A stretch of 64,000 bases of DNA from Octopus vulgaris (GCA_951406725.2 OX597825.1:83638001-83702000), one strand, 5' to 3'. Shown: positions 28,564 through 44,104, counted from the stretch's first letter. Notes: a model not told the origin generated them from the letters alone. Numbers and translations are program-made.

Positions 28564-29279
28564 AAAAGGTATGTTGATGCAATTAAGATAAATAGAACTC
28601 AAAATATGAGGGTATATATATATATATATTTATTAATATTTAGCAGGTCTGAGAGTTTCTGCATGTGTGTGCTGTGTTTGTATGTTCCCGTGGCGGGGCT
28701 TCATGCTATGTATATTGTGTGTGTGTGTGTGTGAGATGAATAAAAATTGAATAATGTGAAAACGAAGAATTAAAAAATTAAAAATATAAATTTTTAGAAA
28801 AATGAAAATATAAAATTAAAAACTTAAAAATATAAATTTAATAAAAATTTAAATATAAAATTAAAAAATAAATAAAATCTATAGGTTCCGAGATGCTAAG
28901 TGGAGAATAGAGCACAAAAGATACGTGTGTATGTATGGCATATACATGTGCTTTACAAATATTCAGCAGAATTTCTAGAATGACCCGAGAGCCGAGAGTT
29001 CCCTGCGCGGTCCTTTATCAACCATACGAATCTTTGTAACTTGAGACTCTCTGTAACTTCTGCAGATTATCAGAATTTTTTTTACAACCACATGGCTGCG
29101 GTTTTAGTCCCACTGCGTGTTGTTTTGTGTAAACAATTTCTGCAATAGCCTCAGGCTGACCAATGCCTTGCGAGTGGATTTCATAAAAGTCATTAATGAT
29201 TTTACCAGGGGGTGGGGGTCAGCACGGAATTAAAAAACCTTATAGGTAAATATTAAAAATATTGTAACATTTATATAAC

Positions 29280-29525
29280 TAATTATAACAAGAGATTGGC
29301 TATGAGCCCCACCACGCGCTGGAAAAATAGACGCCAAAAATAGACGCCAAAAATAGACGCTATTACAACCTTAAAATCCTCCGAGAATAAACGCACTCGG
29401 TTGTAGACGAACAAAACAACCCAGTGTGTTATTGTCGGAGATTTTAAGGTTGTAATAGCGTTTATTTTTGGCGTCTATTTTTCCAGCGCGTGGAGAGGCT
29501 TATAGCCAATCCCTTGTTATAATTA
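29280..29525. repeat. Foldback inverted repeat (arms of ~110-125 bp, short loop)
   Basis: TAATTATAACAAGAGATTGGCTAT...CCACGCGCTGGAAAAATAGACGCC mirrored on the right; a single arm end recurs at ~36457-36502. Confidence 0.85.
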
Positions 29526-29828
29526 TATCACCATAGCACCGATATTAGTTTTGATTGATACATTTCTCCATATTCTTCTTCCTCTCGCATTTAATTTAAA
29601 GCATCAATCGAAACATGTGTCGGTGGTATCGTGATACAAGTTATTTAAATAGCATCATGTGTGTTTGTGTCTATTTTCCATTACTCTTATGTTGTCCAAA
29701 ACAAGTCTCACTTCTCCTCGGAGTTATCACCCACGCAAGTATGATTACTAGCTTCTTAGGCGATTATGTGACATCTTAGCTACCTTGTAACTGTTTCTCT
29801 AGATCTTTCCTTATAAATTGAACACACA

Positions 29829-29912
<84 letters not shown>

Positions 29913-30493
29913 TTTAAGTTCATATCAAATATTAACCTCAGTATTCACCATACATATTATAGCCACCACCCTAACTCTATTTATACATTTAAAGCCGTTT
30001 ATCAACAGACTGTCAACCACGACGCAATTTTTGATACAGTGAATGAATGCTTACTACTACCTCACAAGCGAAGACAGACAGAAAGGATGCGTTTGAAACC
30101 GAGAATTTGAGTTTGCAGGAAAAATTTCTATATATCACCTGAGGAAACACAACTAGATCCCATTATGCAGGGAAACGGTTACATAACGAGATACCTGCGA
30201 ACTCGGAGAACACGGCTGCGTGAAAACAATTGTAGTGATTACAAATAAATGTCCTTCTACACTCCTTGTTGACTCCAACATATTCAATTATCCATTCACA
30301 CACTTCAGAAACCCCAATGCAAATCTGGCCGCATGTATAATACCACTGCTGCATGGCACCGGCTGAAATCTGAAGATGGACAAGCTTGAAGCTGTACTCT
30401 GCCGCATTCTCAATAGAATGTGACTTAACTCTACATAATATGATATATATATATATGTATGTATAAATAGAAAAAGCTATACTCTCTCTCTCT

Positions 30494-31115
<622 letters not shown>

Positions 31116-31424
31116 TATATGTATATGGTATGCATAAACTGATAATGTTCCTGGTAAACTCTTGAAATTCAATTTTCTTCACTTTCATGTAGTATTCATG
31201 ACCGTTTGGACATGCTATCTTTCCATGTGAGATATGCTTCTGAAATCACTTTGAACTCAAATGTCAGGTGTTGAACGCAGTTTCCTCTTTCTCATTTCAA
31301 CATTTTGTTTATCGCATTTGTATTTGATCACCATCTTCACGAACCTGTATTCTTACCTGTAACTTGTATGAATAAGTAATTTTCCTTCTAACAACTTTTC
31401 TCTTCTTTCTTTTATTATACTTGA

Positions 31425-31645
31425 GTCAGTCAGTCATTCGATTGCGGCCATGCTGGAGCACCGACTTGCTAAATATTTAGTTGAATGAATCGGCCCCAGT
31501 ACTTGGGGTGTTTTTCTGTTTCATAAGGCCTGGTACTTATTCTATCGGTATCTTTGCCGAACCGCCAGATTGCGGGAACATAAAGACACCAACACAGGAT
31601 GGCCAGCGGTGGTGGTAGGAGACACACAGACAGAACGACACACAC
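31425..31645 (-). mobile_element. SINE family A, 3' half, diverged
   Basis: CAGTCATTCGATTGCGGCCATGCTGGAGCACC...GTACTTATTCTATCGG. Confidence 0.75.
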
Positions 31646-31649
31646 TCAA

Positions 31650-32125
31650 GTGCAAGTCTCATTTTGCGTTTCTTCCAGTTGCTTACAGTAAACTTCCGAT
31701 GTAATGCTTACCTTGGGTTCCTGAAAGGTGTATTCTTTTCGAATACTAATCATCAACGGTGGGTGGTCGCCCTTTAACTTTTCGATCTTCAAGGTTCTTA
31801 TCCCCACTACGCACTCTCTAAAGCCACCATCATACTTTCCTATCACTTATGGACCTTCATCTTTTGGTCATTATGTTCAAGCTCGAATCCATGCAAAAAT
31901 AAACTAAAATAAACGCATTTCTTTTCTTCTTTGCCCCATGTTTGAAATTAAGGATTTCTACGCTTCAAAATTAAATTCTGAAAGAAATCAATAAAACTGA
32001 ATTAAAGAGTTCATAATAATTATTAAGCATGTAAAATTTCGTCTAAAACACAGCAAAAATAACATCTTAAAGTGAATTTGAAAAAATGTTTTTGAAAATT
32101 CTGATAGTATTTTCCGAACAACATA
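31650..32125 (-). mobile_element. Highly decayed mariner remnant
   Basis: SITSEVYCKQLEE motif; TIR-like TATGTTGTTCGGAAAATAC on the minus strand near 32120. Confidence 0.5.
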
Positions 32126-32145
32126 TATACATATATATATATATA

Positions 32146-32217
<72 letters not shown>

Positions 32218-32658
32218 CGTGGATATATTTCTTTATATATTTTGTATTCTAGAGTATTTAAAGTAATTTCATTGAGTTAGAAAATTAGACTGCTGTCAAA
32301 AGAGCTACATTGCTCAAGGCTACCATCACTTTCTAACAACCCTAAATTTTGCATTTTCCCTCAGTTTATTTAAAAATTCGAACCTTTCTAAGCCATTGCT
32401 TGCTTATGATTTAATTCATGTAGCAGTTATCATAAATATGATCATTTTGTATTTTAACATAATGCTAAATTTTATTGTACTCGGGGCGACTCCTATAGAG
32501 AGAAATATAATACGAATTATTTTATCGCATATATATTTTGATCATTTTCTTATATCTATGACGTATTCTGTATAACTCGTTTAACGAGGATGTTCATCTG
32601 AAAACATAAAGCCACAATATTCGTCCCGAGAAAGAATTTAGATAGATAGAGGTACATA

Positions 32659-32723
<65 letters not shown>

Positions 32724-32749
32724 CATACATACATACATACATACATACA

Positions 32750-32783
<34 letters not shown>

Positions 32784-32784
32784 G

Positions 32785-32980
32785 TTAGTTAATCCAAACA
32801 AGAAAGCACAAAAAAACACAACAACGCGAGGACGTAGAACAAATATAGTATTACTGGACGCTCAGGAAAGAAGGAGGGTTTAACGTTTCGAGCGGAGGTC
32901 TTCGTCAGAATCATAGGAAAAGGAAAGATCCAAAGAAGGGAAGACGGAGGAAAAAAATCGCCAACGGTACACACGCGGTA
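32785..32980 (-). mobile_element. PLE-like short repeat with a minimal HHR (32878-32912)
   Basis: RC GATT-CTGACGA-AGACCTCCGCTC-GAAA-CGTT-AAAC; homolog of 12590-12770. Confidence 0.65.
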
Positions 32981-33271
32981 CATATATATACATGCCGTCT
33001 GAATAGCCAGTCGTTGCTAGGCAATTTTTACAATTGAATGACATATAAATTTTTATTTATTCCACGCCAGAGCATGCCTTTCCCGGAAAATGGACCTCTT
33101 AATCGGGACATATTTGCGCAATGTTTCACCAATGTTTTAAGCCCTTAAAATCTTTGAGAGAGATTTTAGTACAAGCATTTTTGCTTGCTGCAAAATCAGC
33201 GACTGTAGATCGCTTGAAATTATACATATTGCCAGTAGAAGCGAGCTACAGCCATCTCTAGTAGACGAGGT

Positions 33272-33325
33272 GTCCAGTACTGAAGAGAGGCAGAAATAGC
33301 CCGAAACCAGGCTGGTCTGCTGGAC
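33272..33325 (+). ncRNA. Canonical type I hammerhead ribozyme motif
   Basis: GTCCAGTA-CTGAAGA-G(A)GGC-agaaata-GCCC-GAAA-CCA-ggc-TGG-TC-TGCTGGAC: 8-bp stem I, 4-bp stem II, 4-bp stem III, GUC triplet. Confidence 0.85.
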
Positions 33326-34385
33326 CCGTTGCTCCAGGGTGATAGGGTTTCTCTCCCCCTACTCGCAGCATCTTGGATGCAGATGTGCATCGTTAACCAG
33401 CCAGAGGAGATGTCCTCTTGGGGTTAAAAAGTCGCAGTAAAATCCGTTCGAACGGGAAGCCATGTTGAAGTGGCTACGAATATTACTTATCAGTACAACT
33501 ACTGCGTTGATCTCTTACAGAGATTTTAGAACCGCTATTTTTAGTTATATATACATACATGCAGCTCTTTCCCAGGTTTCTCATTCCCTGTCACTCTCTA
33601 TTCATCTATCTATCAATCACATTCTATCTACTTATTTATTCATGAGCCTACGTATCACTCTCTAGATTACTTTATCTATATTTCTCTCACTCTACCCCAT
33701 CCTCTCTCTCTTTCTCCTTCATTCTCTCTCTCTCTCATACCCTCTCTGTTCTCCAGACTACTCTCTCTTGATATCGCTCTGTATATATTTACCCCCAAAT
33801 ATATCCCTTGAATCAAATTGGCTGCGATTTTTCGCTATAAACATTCTTGTCTTTTTGATGTATTTAATATTTTTTCTGCTTTATATTTTCTTTTCATTTT
33901 CTTCGTTTTTCGTTTCATTAATTTTTATAGACTGAGAAGAACAGATGATATATTGGATTGATAAATATATATGCATGTGGGTGCATGCGAACTCGCGGGC
34001 GCATGCGCATAAATGACTGCATTTGTTTTGTGTATATTTTTGCGTATGGGAGTATGTACAATTCTACATATATATGTGTGTGTGTGTATACACACACAGA
34101 GATATATGAAAATACATACATACATACACACATGCATACATACATACATATATACATATATACATACATACATACATTCATATATTGAATGACCGCTGCA
34201 TTAAGTGTATGAATTTGTGGGGGAAATATGTTGAATAAAATCATAATTAACTGATTCTGTATTTTCTTTTACTCAAATCCAGGAACTTTTCTGCATTTCC
34301 ACGTATGTGTGTGTGCGAATGCGTGTGCGTGTGCGAGCGCACGTGTGAGTGTAGAGAGAGAGAAAGAGAGAGAGAGAAAGAGAGC

Positions 34386-34428
<43 letters not shown>

Positions 34429-34864
34429 ACAGACAGACAGACAGACAGACATACAGACAGACAGACAGACAGTCAGACAGACAGACAGACAGACAGACAG
34501 ATAAATAGATAGATATATAGATAAATAAATACATACATACTCATATACATACATATATACATATACATACATACATACACACATACATACATATATTTGC
34601 AAATGCATACAGATTTATATACACTTTTATTGCTTTAGTTCATTGTACTGCGTCCAGTTTAAAGCTACGCCTTCCCGGTCAGTTGAAAGTTTTCTCCACA
34701 ATATCCTTCATCACGCTGGTCGGGGATAAACGCAAAGATACAGAGATATTTATACGCATGCATACATGCATACATACATACATACATACATACATACATA
34801 CATACATACATACATGCATACATACATACATACATACATACATTTATATTTGCGTATAACTATA

Positions 34865-35161
34865 TCACCGTGATCACCGTGACCGACCAGGCTATCAGAT
34901 GTTGTTACATATCGCTGGTCACAATGCGCTTTGCATTGTTTTAGCCTTCAAGTGACGCCACCCCTCTGGCTAAGCGAGCAGGCCAACAGAAGAAAGAGTG
35001 AGAGAAAGTTGTGGCGAACGTGTACAGAATGGATCGCCAGCCCCCCTGCTGGAGCCTCGTGGAGCTTTGGGTGTTTTCACTCAATAAACACTCACAATGC
35101 CCGGTTTGGAAATCGAAACCGCGAGTCCGCTACCCTAACCACTGGGCCATTGCGTCTCCAC
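34865..35161 (-). mobile_element. SINE family C head with an alternative 3' tail
   Basis: Head matches 13591; tail ...GACCAGCGAT...ATAGCCTGGTCGGTCACGGTGATCACGGTGA differs. Confidence 0.8.
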
Positions 35162-35164
35162 ACA

Positions 35165-35189
<25 letters not shown>

Positions 35190-35205
<16 letters not shown>

Positions 35206-35512
35206 GGCAGTTTGTCTGTGTGTGTTTCTGTGTGTCTGTTAGGTTGTACCCTCACCCTGACCACGGCTTTCAACCGATTCTGATGAAACTTGACACACAC
35301 ATAGCCCAATGTCATAATTCAAAACTAACGCAGCGAAAATTTTGAAAAGTTCCCCCAGTTCTGAAAAAAATCGATAAATTCGACATGTGGTCGAGAATCA
35401 GAAACACAAACCACAGACTGTCTAGGGGACGCAACTCCACCTTTTTAACTCTCAAAAAATGCTTTATAGTTATTTCCCTTACAAACCCGAGCAACGCCGG
35501 GCGATACTGCTA

Positions 35513-35513
<1 letters not shown>
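35190..35513 (+). mobile_element. Non-autonomous Helitron
   Basis: 3' CCCGAGCAACGCCGGG hairpin + CGATACTGCTAG then T; the same end is at 17688 (-). Confidence 0.8.
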
Positions 35514-35565
<52 letters not shown>

Positions 35566-35727
35566 AATATAAGAGAGTTACCGCTAAGTGGTTAACTCTA
35601 GTGCTAAAAATAGCTCCTTATTCTGGTATAGACACCGAAGTTGTTTCCACCAAGAAATAACATTACCTTCAACATAAGGAAAGTGAAATACAACGAAAAT
35701 ATAGATATTTTTCACCCTTATTTATGA

Positions 35728-35837
<110 letters not shown>

Positions 35838-36292
35838 ATGTATATATGTATGTATTCAGCGAACTACCATAGAATATATATTTATCGAATTCAATCAGAA
35901 TACTTGTGTCGCCAAGGGGCACTTGCACTCGAATTTGAAACCACCTGGTTACGAAACGAAAAGAGTAATAACACAGCTATGCTCGTACATGTGTTACACA
36001 CACGCACGTACAAACACAAACACACGCGCATACATGTACACACAAAAACACAAACACAAATACGTACATACGCACTCACACATATACATATAAACACACA
36101 TATACACATATAACATATATTATATTACATTATCTATTATATATTATATGGCCTTTTCGTCTAGCCACAGAGGAAGCGACGTTCCAAAACTAAACCAATG
36201 TGAGAGGTATTGTGACCAGCGATGTACAACCACATATAATAGCTTAGTTGATACCATTCTATATATTTAAATATACATATATATGTAAATTT

Positions 36293-36344
<52 letters not shown>

Positions 36345-36355
36345 ATCTATCTATG

Positions 36356-36440
<85 letters not shown>

Positions 36441-36506
36441 ATCTATGCATATACATAATTATAACAAGGGCTTGGCTTGTGCCTCACCACGCACTGAAAA
36501 ATATAT

Positions 36507-36571
<65 letters not shown>

Positions 36572-37759
36572 GTGTGTGCGTATACATATATATGTGTACA
36601 TATATGTGTGTCTGTATATGTATATTAGTATGTGTGTATATGTGTCCGTGTATATGTGCGTGTATGTGTGTATAGTGTTATCGTTTCAGCTCGAGCGACA
36701 GGAAGAAAAGTGTAATCACACTCTACCTAACGTTGATAAACCGATTCTCAGAAATCGCCGACGAATTTCAATGAATAAAGAACGACATGAAAGCCGTGTG
36801 CTGTTTTCCCCAGTATATAAAACAAATATAACGTACAACATAAGTAAAAATCAAAGAAACACACAGAAAAAAAATCCCAATTATACAAAACGATAGATAA
36901 TAAAGACAAGAAAAAAACAGTTTTAAAAAACAACAACCGAATTTTACTAACATCCAATTCCGCCCTAAAAGTTGATTTATTTTAATATAAGAACGGAAGG
37001 AAAACGATAAACAAAATGCGAGCAGATAAGTTTTACAGACACACGTTTTGTATGTGAGAATGCGACTCGATCTGTATGTATTTACATGTAGGCAAGCAGA
37101 TTGGAGACAGGAAACCTACGAGGACATAGAAAATGTTATTTCCGTCTGAGGTTTAGCTTTGAGTTATTGGAAGTCACTAGATAGAGAAATATTTTGCTGA
37201 TGGTCGACCAATAAGCTTTGTGGGTGGACGTTGAAGGATTTTCGTGTGTGTGACTTTTGTAATTACATAAGACGAACCAGAATATTTGATAGAGTGACGT
37301 AAGGCGGGGATTTGAAGTATCGGCGTATTGACGGATTGCCAAAAGGTTAGAAATAAAGCGTACATTTGCTATCTTTGTAGCCAAAGTAATATATACACAG
37401 TGATAGTTCGTTGATGGGCTGAAGGAACGGTGGTGCCACCAATGCTTATATATATATATATATATACGTATGGATGATCATGTATGTGTGTGCTTGTATT
37501 TATGAAGGTATGTGAAAACGTATGTATACATATGTATGTGCGTATGGTCTCTTCTATTTTTAATTATTTGAAGTATCTATGAATGTAGGTTGTCAAGATC
37601 GATAGATAGACAGATATATAGATTTGGGCGTTTAGCTCAAATTGGAAAGTATCGATAGAAAGGGGTGAAGGGTGGTTGCTTCATAACTCCATACATATAT
37701 ATATATATACGCATATTAAAATAAATTCAACATTTTGTTGATAAGAGTTCAAACATTTA

Positions 37760-37800
<41 letters not shown>

Positions 37801-37962
37801 TGTATATATGTACACACACATACATACATGCATATATACATACATGCAAATACATATAGACATATATATGCATACAAATGTTTATGCTTATATGGATATG
37901 TAAATATGTAGATACATAGTCATATATATGTACGGATGTATGTATATATGTATATATGTATG

Positions 37963-38011
<49 letters not shown>

Positions 38012-38044
38012 GTGTGTATATATATGTATATACATATAGACATA

Positions 38045-38435
38045 GGCGCAGGAGTGGCTGTCTGGTAAGAAGCTTTGTTTCCAAACCACATGGTTCCGGG
38101 TTCAGTCCCACTGCGTGGCATCTTGAGCAAGTGTCTTCTATTCTAGCCTTGGGCCAACCAAAGCTTTGTGAGTCAATTTGTATGCAGCGGGTGGAAACTG
38201 AAAGAAGCCCGTTGTATATATATATATGTGTGTGTGTGTGTATTCATCCTTCACCGCCATTGCTTGACAACCGGTGCTGGTGTATTTACGTCGCCCGTAA
38301 CTTAGCGGTTCAGGAAATGTCACCAATAGAATAAGTACTGGGCTTACAAAGTATGTCCTGGGGTCGATTTGTTCGCTTGAAGGTGCTGCTCCAGCATGGC
38401 CACAGTCAAATGACTCAAGTAAAAGAATAAAAGAA
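38045..38435 (+). mobile_element. SINE family A
   Basis: Matches 21199-21689. Confidence 0.9.
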
Positions 38436-41270
38436 CACTCACACTCATATATACACATACATATGAATGTAGATATGTACATAGATACATACAGGCACGC
38501 ATACATACATATACGCCTACAATCATTCATACATACACACATACATACATACATGCATACACACCCATACATACATATACACATATATACATGCATACAT
38601 ACATGTACACACACACATACATACATACATACGTACATACATACATACATACATACATACATACATACATACATACATACATACATACATACATACATAC
38701 ATACATACATACGTACGTACGTACAACTATGGTATTTATATTATACCCTGACAGCTGTGAGGCTACTTAGGTAATTCTTCAGGTTTTGAATGAAAAAAGA
38801 AATTGTTGTGACGTTTCGTAAGCCAATCCTTCGTCAGAAGAAGGAAAGAGAGAAAGGAGGAGAGGGAGAAGAACGAAAGAAAATGAGTGAAGATTTAGAA
38901 ACAAGGTGGAACCACTGTATATAGTATATAGTATCCTCAGTCGATAAATAAGGTATCATTTAAAGACTAGTGTACTTTGTCCTGGTTCTCCTTCGTTGTC
39001 ACCTCGTGTCACCTCCTGTTAATTCTTTTCTCTCTCTCTCTCTTTCTCTCTCGATCTGTGGCTAATTTTTCCTGCCTTTCTGTCAACCTTTCTCTGTCTC
39101 CCTCTCTCATCTGCTCTCTTTCAGTCAGAATCTGCCTCGTCGTTCCAGAATAAGTGTCGAAATGGATCATATGGAACGGAGTATCGATTGTTTCTCTACG
39201 AGAAAAGCTTACTCGTTCATCGATCAACAGTTTGCAATTTTTAGAGAAATTTACAAAATCGGAGCGCTGATTAAATGAACAGATCGATGTAGAATAGAGA
39301 ACTGAAAGGAAATAAAGATATTTGTCGGCAAATATTACGGGTCAGGTTAATAATTCATCTCTTTATTGCATGAAATATTATTCTTAATTAGAACGCTATC
39401 TCTTTGACCGAGTCTTATTTATGGCATATAAAAAAAAAATGCTAAATTCATCCTAAAATATCTTACAGCTCACCTGTGCCATCAATATTCCCGTATAATT
39501 AAGGGAAAAACCTGATAAAATATCACAGAGAATCACGTTTTATTACCGCGACGAAATTTTGATTTTGTTAAATTCTGGATGACTCTTAGTAAGAGGGATA
39601 TTTTTTTTGGGGGGGGGTGTTCTTTTTACTCTTGTTTGTTTCGTTTTTCTTTTACTTCTTTCTGCGAGAGTCTTTGTTATATTTAAAATTAAAATACACC
39701 TAAAATATTTAGAAATACAAAAATCAGCGTGATTCTTTAATTCGCGAATGAAAATGGTGATTTTCAAAAGTAGAATCTTAATGAGAGTTAATTTCATTTG
39801 ATTCACTTGCCTTAATTAGTAAGGAAGAGCTCAATCTAGCATAAAAACATCTTGCTGTCTTAATGAACCAACCGAAGGTTAAAGGCTGAGGGGTGGGGTA
39901 GTCATGCCCAACATAATAAGGCACTGACAGGACTTAATATATTCCACAATCCAACCTCTGTTTGTTTTTTGTTTGTTTTTTTGTCTGTGAGTAACGTAAT
40001 AGTTGACTTTGTTCTTGCCGTTTCCTATCGGTCCATCGTTCGTAAATCATCGCTTATGCAACCTTCAGGTCGTAAAGACCTCATTTTGAAAATGGTCAGG
40101 TGAAACTCTGACGGAGATTAGATGAAGAAAACTAAGTGAAAAGTGGGTAGAAATTGAGAAAATAAACAACGGGAATATGAAGAATTGTATGAGTGGGAGA
40201 GAGACAGAAAGAGGGAAGAGGGAGAGAGAGAGAAGAAGAAGAAGAAGAAGAAGAAGAAGAAGAAGAAGACGAAAAATAACAACAACAACAACAACAATAA
40301 CAACAACAACAAGACACACTGAGAGGCAGAGTAATTGTATGTTTATAATTATATTTGTAATCTCATAATCTCATATTATAGTTAATTTCATATTTTTGCT
40401 GTTGTTGTTGTAGAGTAGGTCCTGTTGTTATTATTATTGCCATTGATGTCTGTTACTGAAGTGGTGCTGCTACCGTTACTGCTGCTGCTGTAGTTTAAAT
40501 CTCAGTCGGGCGTGAACCAGCGAATCAGTCACCCAAAACAATCCAACCGTGACTATCCCGTCTTTTTCCTATGTGCAGTAAACACCGAGTTTATACAACA
40601 AAAGGTGCCATTTCTAAGAAGGTGCGATGTTATATGAGGGATACTTGGCTTTTATTTCTATCTGGTTGGACACTTATAATCAGAAGCATTCCGTACATGG
40701 CCACCTCGTCTTGTTAAATTTCAAATCACTCCCCAGTGTATTATTTGCCTACTAAAACATCAATCCATGACGTGACGGAGATTTGGCTGCTAATTCAAGG
40801 TGGTCGAGTAACTGCAAAGAGGATCTTTTGTTGCAGATTTCGTTGTTCTTGTTAATCCTGTGTTATATTCTTGTTGCTTTTTGTTTTGTTTCTTTTTGAT
40901 TTTTGTATTTCAGGCACTATATTGCCTAATGTATCTTGCTTTCGATTCCAGCCTTGCCCACCCCACCTGCCATGGATTTTATGATACAAACATCTCGTTT
41001 TAATGTAATCTAAAGTAAGATTTCCAAAGCAATTTCTTGTTATGCCCCCAAAACTAGTTTGGTGAGTTATTTATAAAATCCTTCATAATTTTCAAAATAA
41101 TTCGAAACAAACAAAATTAATTCCAATAAAAACGACTAAACAAATATTGGGGATTATTTCCCACATTCTTCAGAACACTTTTAATGCAAAACCGACCGAG
41201 GTTGCCTCCAATTTCTGTGAGAAAATCTTTTTTTAAAGAGATCTAACTTCAAAGATTCCATCAGAATGAT

Positions 41271-42085
<815 letters not shown>

Positions 42086-42611
42086 TACATTTTGATAGTT
42101 CTTTGGTGTATTAAAGAAAATCTGGAAAAACGTCTTGTGTCAGTAATGTAACTAAAGAGTGGAAAGCTGTGGGTTTTATTTAATTTGTTATGTAAGTGTG
42201 AGTGTGTAAAGGGAAACAAATAGGGGCAGTCCATCATAGAGAGTGGTAGTAAGAATGGAGAGCTGTGTATATAAATACATATACGTGCGATTCTTGTGGT
42301 GTTAAGTATGTTTCCCTATGTGGGAAATGGTGAGAAAAACATAGTGAGAAAAAGGAGAGTGGGAGAGTAACAGAGAGACAGAGATGGTGTGGGAATACGA
42401 GAGAAAAAGGAAAGCAGAAACACAGAGACCCTGTGGCAGAGAGCAAAGGAGAAGAAATACATACACACACGCGCTAACACACACACGTACACGCTCATAT
42501 ACATTGATCTATCTATCTATATGTACGTAAATATATATATATATATGTAGGTTGATAGATTGGTAGGTAGATAGATAAATAGATTTATTTATATATATAC
42601 ACACATTCATA

Positions 42612-42646
<35 letters not shown>

Positions 42647-42757
42647 GCATAGATAGATACATACATACATATAGATATACATGTACATAGATGTATGTTG
42701 TATATGCATGTATATATAGTTATGTATGTATCAATGCATTTATGTATGTATGTGTGC

Positions 42758-42806
<49 letters not shown>

Positions 42807-43001
42807 CGTAAGCATGTATAATATGTATGAGTGTATAAACATATATATATGCATATATACACGCTTATATATATATATATATAAATATACATGTATGTAC
42901 CTACGTATGTATGTATGTATGTATGTATGTATGTATGTATGTATGTATGTATGTATGTATGTATGTATGTATGTATGTATGTATGTATGTATGTATGTAT
43001 G

Positions 43002-43032
<31 letters not shown>

Positions 43033-43869
43033 GCATGTATGTATTTATGATAAGAGTCTTTTAGAATCGGTAATGAAATTTAGTCGGGCAGACAAAATAT
43101 TTTTACTTCTTCTTAAGACAGCCGAAGCTCGTAGTTAAAACCATTTTTGTGGCGCTACAAACTCAGCAGTAATGGTCACCAGCTTACGTGACTTTAATTC
43201 TAATTGTCATCTGCAATACTAACAGTAATAATAATAAGAATGCTAATAACAACGGTAGAATAATAATAACCATCATCATCATCTTCACCATCATTATCAT
43301 CACTATCAATAATAGCGACAGCTGCAACAACGACAACTACAACAACAACTGCAACAAAAAGGATACTTTGGCCACCATTCGCTTGCTTTTTATCTCAGAT
43401 CTTCATCTTACTGTTGTAGTATCCGTCTGTCTGTCAACGTAATATTTTCTTTTCAGTTCCTTGTTTTCTCACGTTTTTTCTAAATTATGCCGCGTTGAAC
43501 GTTCTTCTTTGTTTAAAATATTTCTACTGAAGAATTTTTACCATTTTCCTCGCAGCAACTTCTTATCAGACTGATGAGCCGTTATTGATTTTTAATTTTG
43601 AGTGTTTTGCGAGCCGGGTTTTGTGTTGGTATTTTATGCCATTGTGTATCTTGGTGTTCTGTGAGCATTTCGAAAAAAAAACATTCTCAGAAAAGCATCC
43701 TACATTCATTGTTCACGACTATTTTAAGTAACCGCCCTCTCTTTCTTGAAAGTTTTAAAAAATACCTCTATTTGCTTCCCAACCACACGGTTCCGGTTTC
43801 AATCCCACTGCGCAAATATCTTCTGTTGTATCCTCGAACTGACCAAAGCCTTCTGTGTGGATGAATACT

Positions 43870-44100
43870 TATTTCTTTACTACCCACAACGGACTAAACA
43901 CAGAGAGAACAAACAAGGACAGACAAACGGATTAAGTTGATTATATAGACCCCAGTGCGTAACTGCTACTTATTTAATCGACCCCGAAGGGATGAAAGGC
44001 AGAGTCGACCTCGGCGGAATTTGAACTCAGAACGTAACCGCAGACGAAATACCGCTAAGCATTTCGCTCGGCGTGCTAACGATTCTACCAGCTCGCCGCC
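43870..44100 (-). mobile_element. SINE family B, full length
   Basis: RC begins GGCGGCGAGCTGGTAGAATCGTTAGCACG. Confidence 0.9.
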
Positions 44101-44104
44101 TTCG

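Noticed and set aside
29323-29361. Short direct repeats as a CRISPR-like array
   Set aside because: Contiguous 13-bp units without spacers, in eukaryotic repeat DNA
43565-43625. CTGATGAG motif
   Set aside because: The downstream half reads GAGC, not GAAA, and there is no convincing stem I
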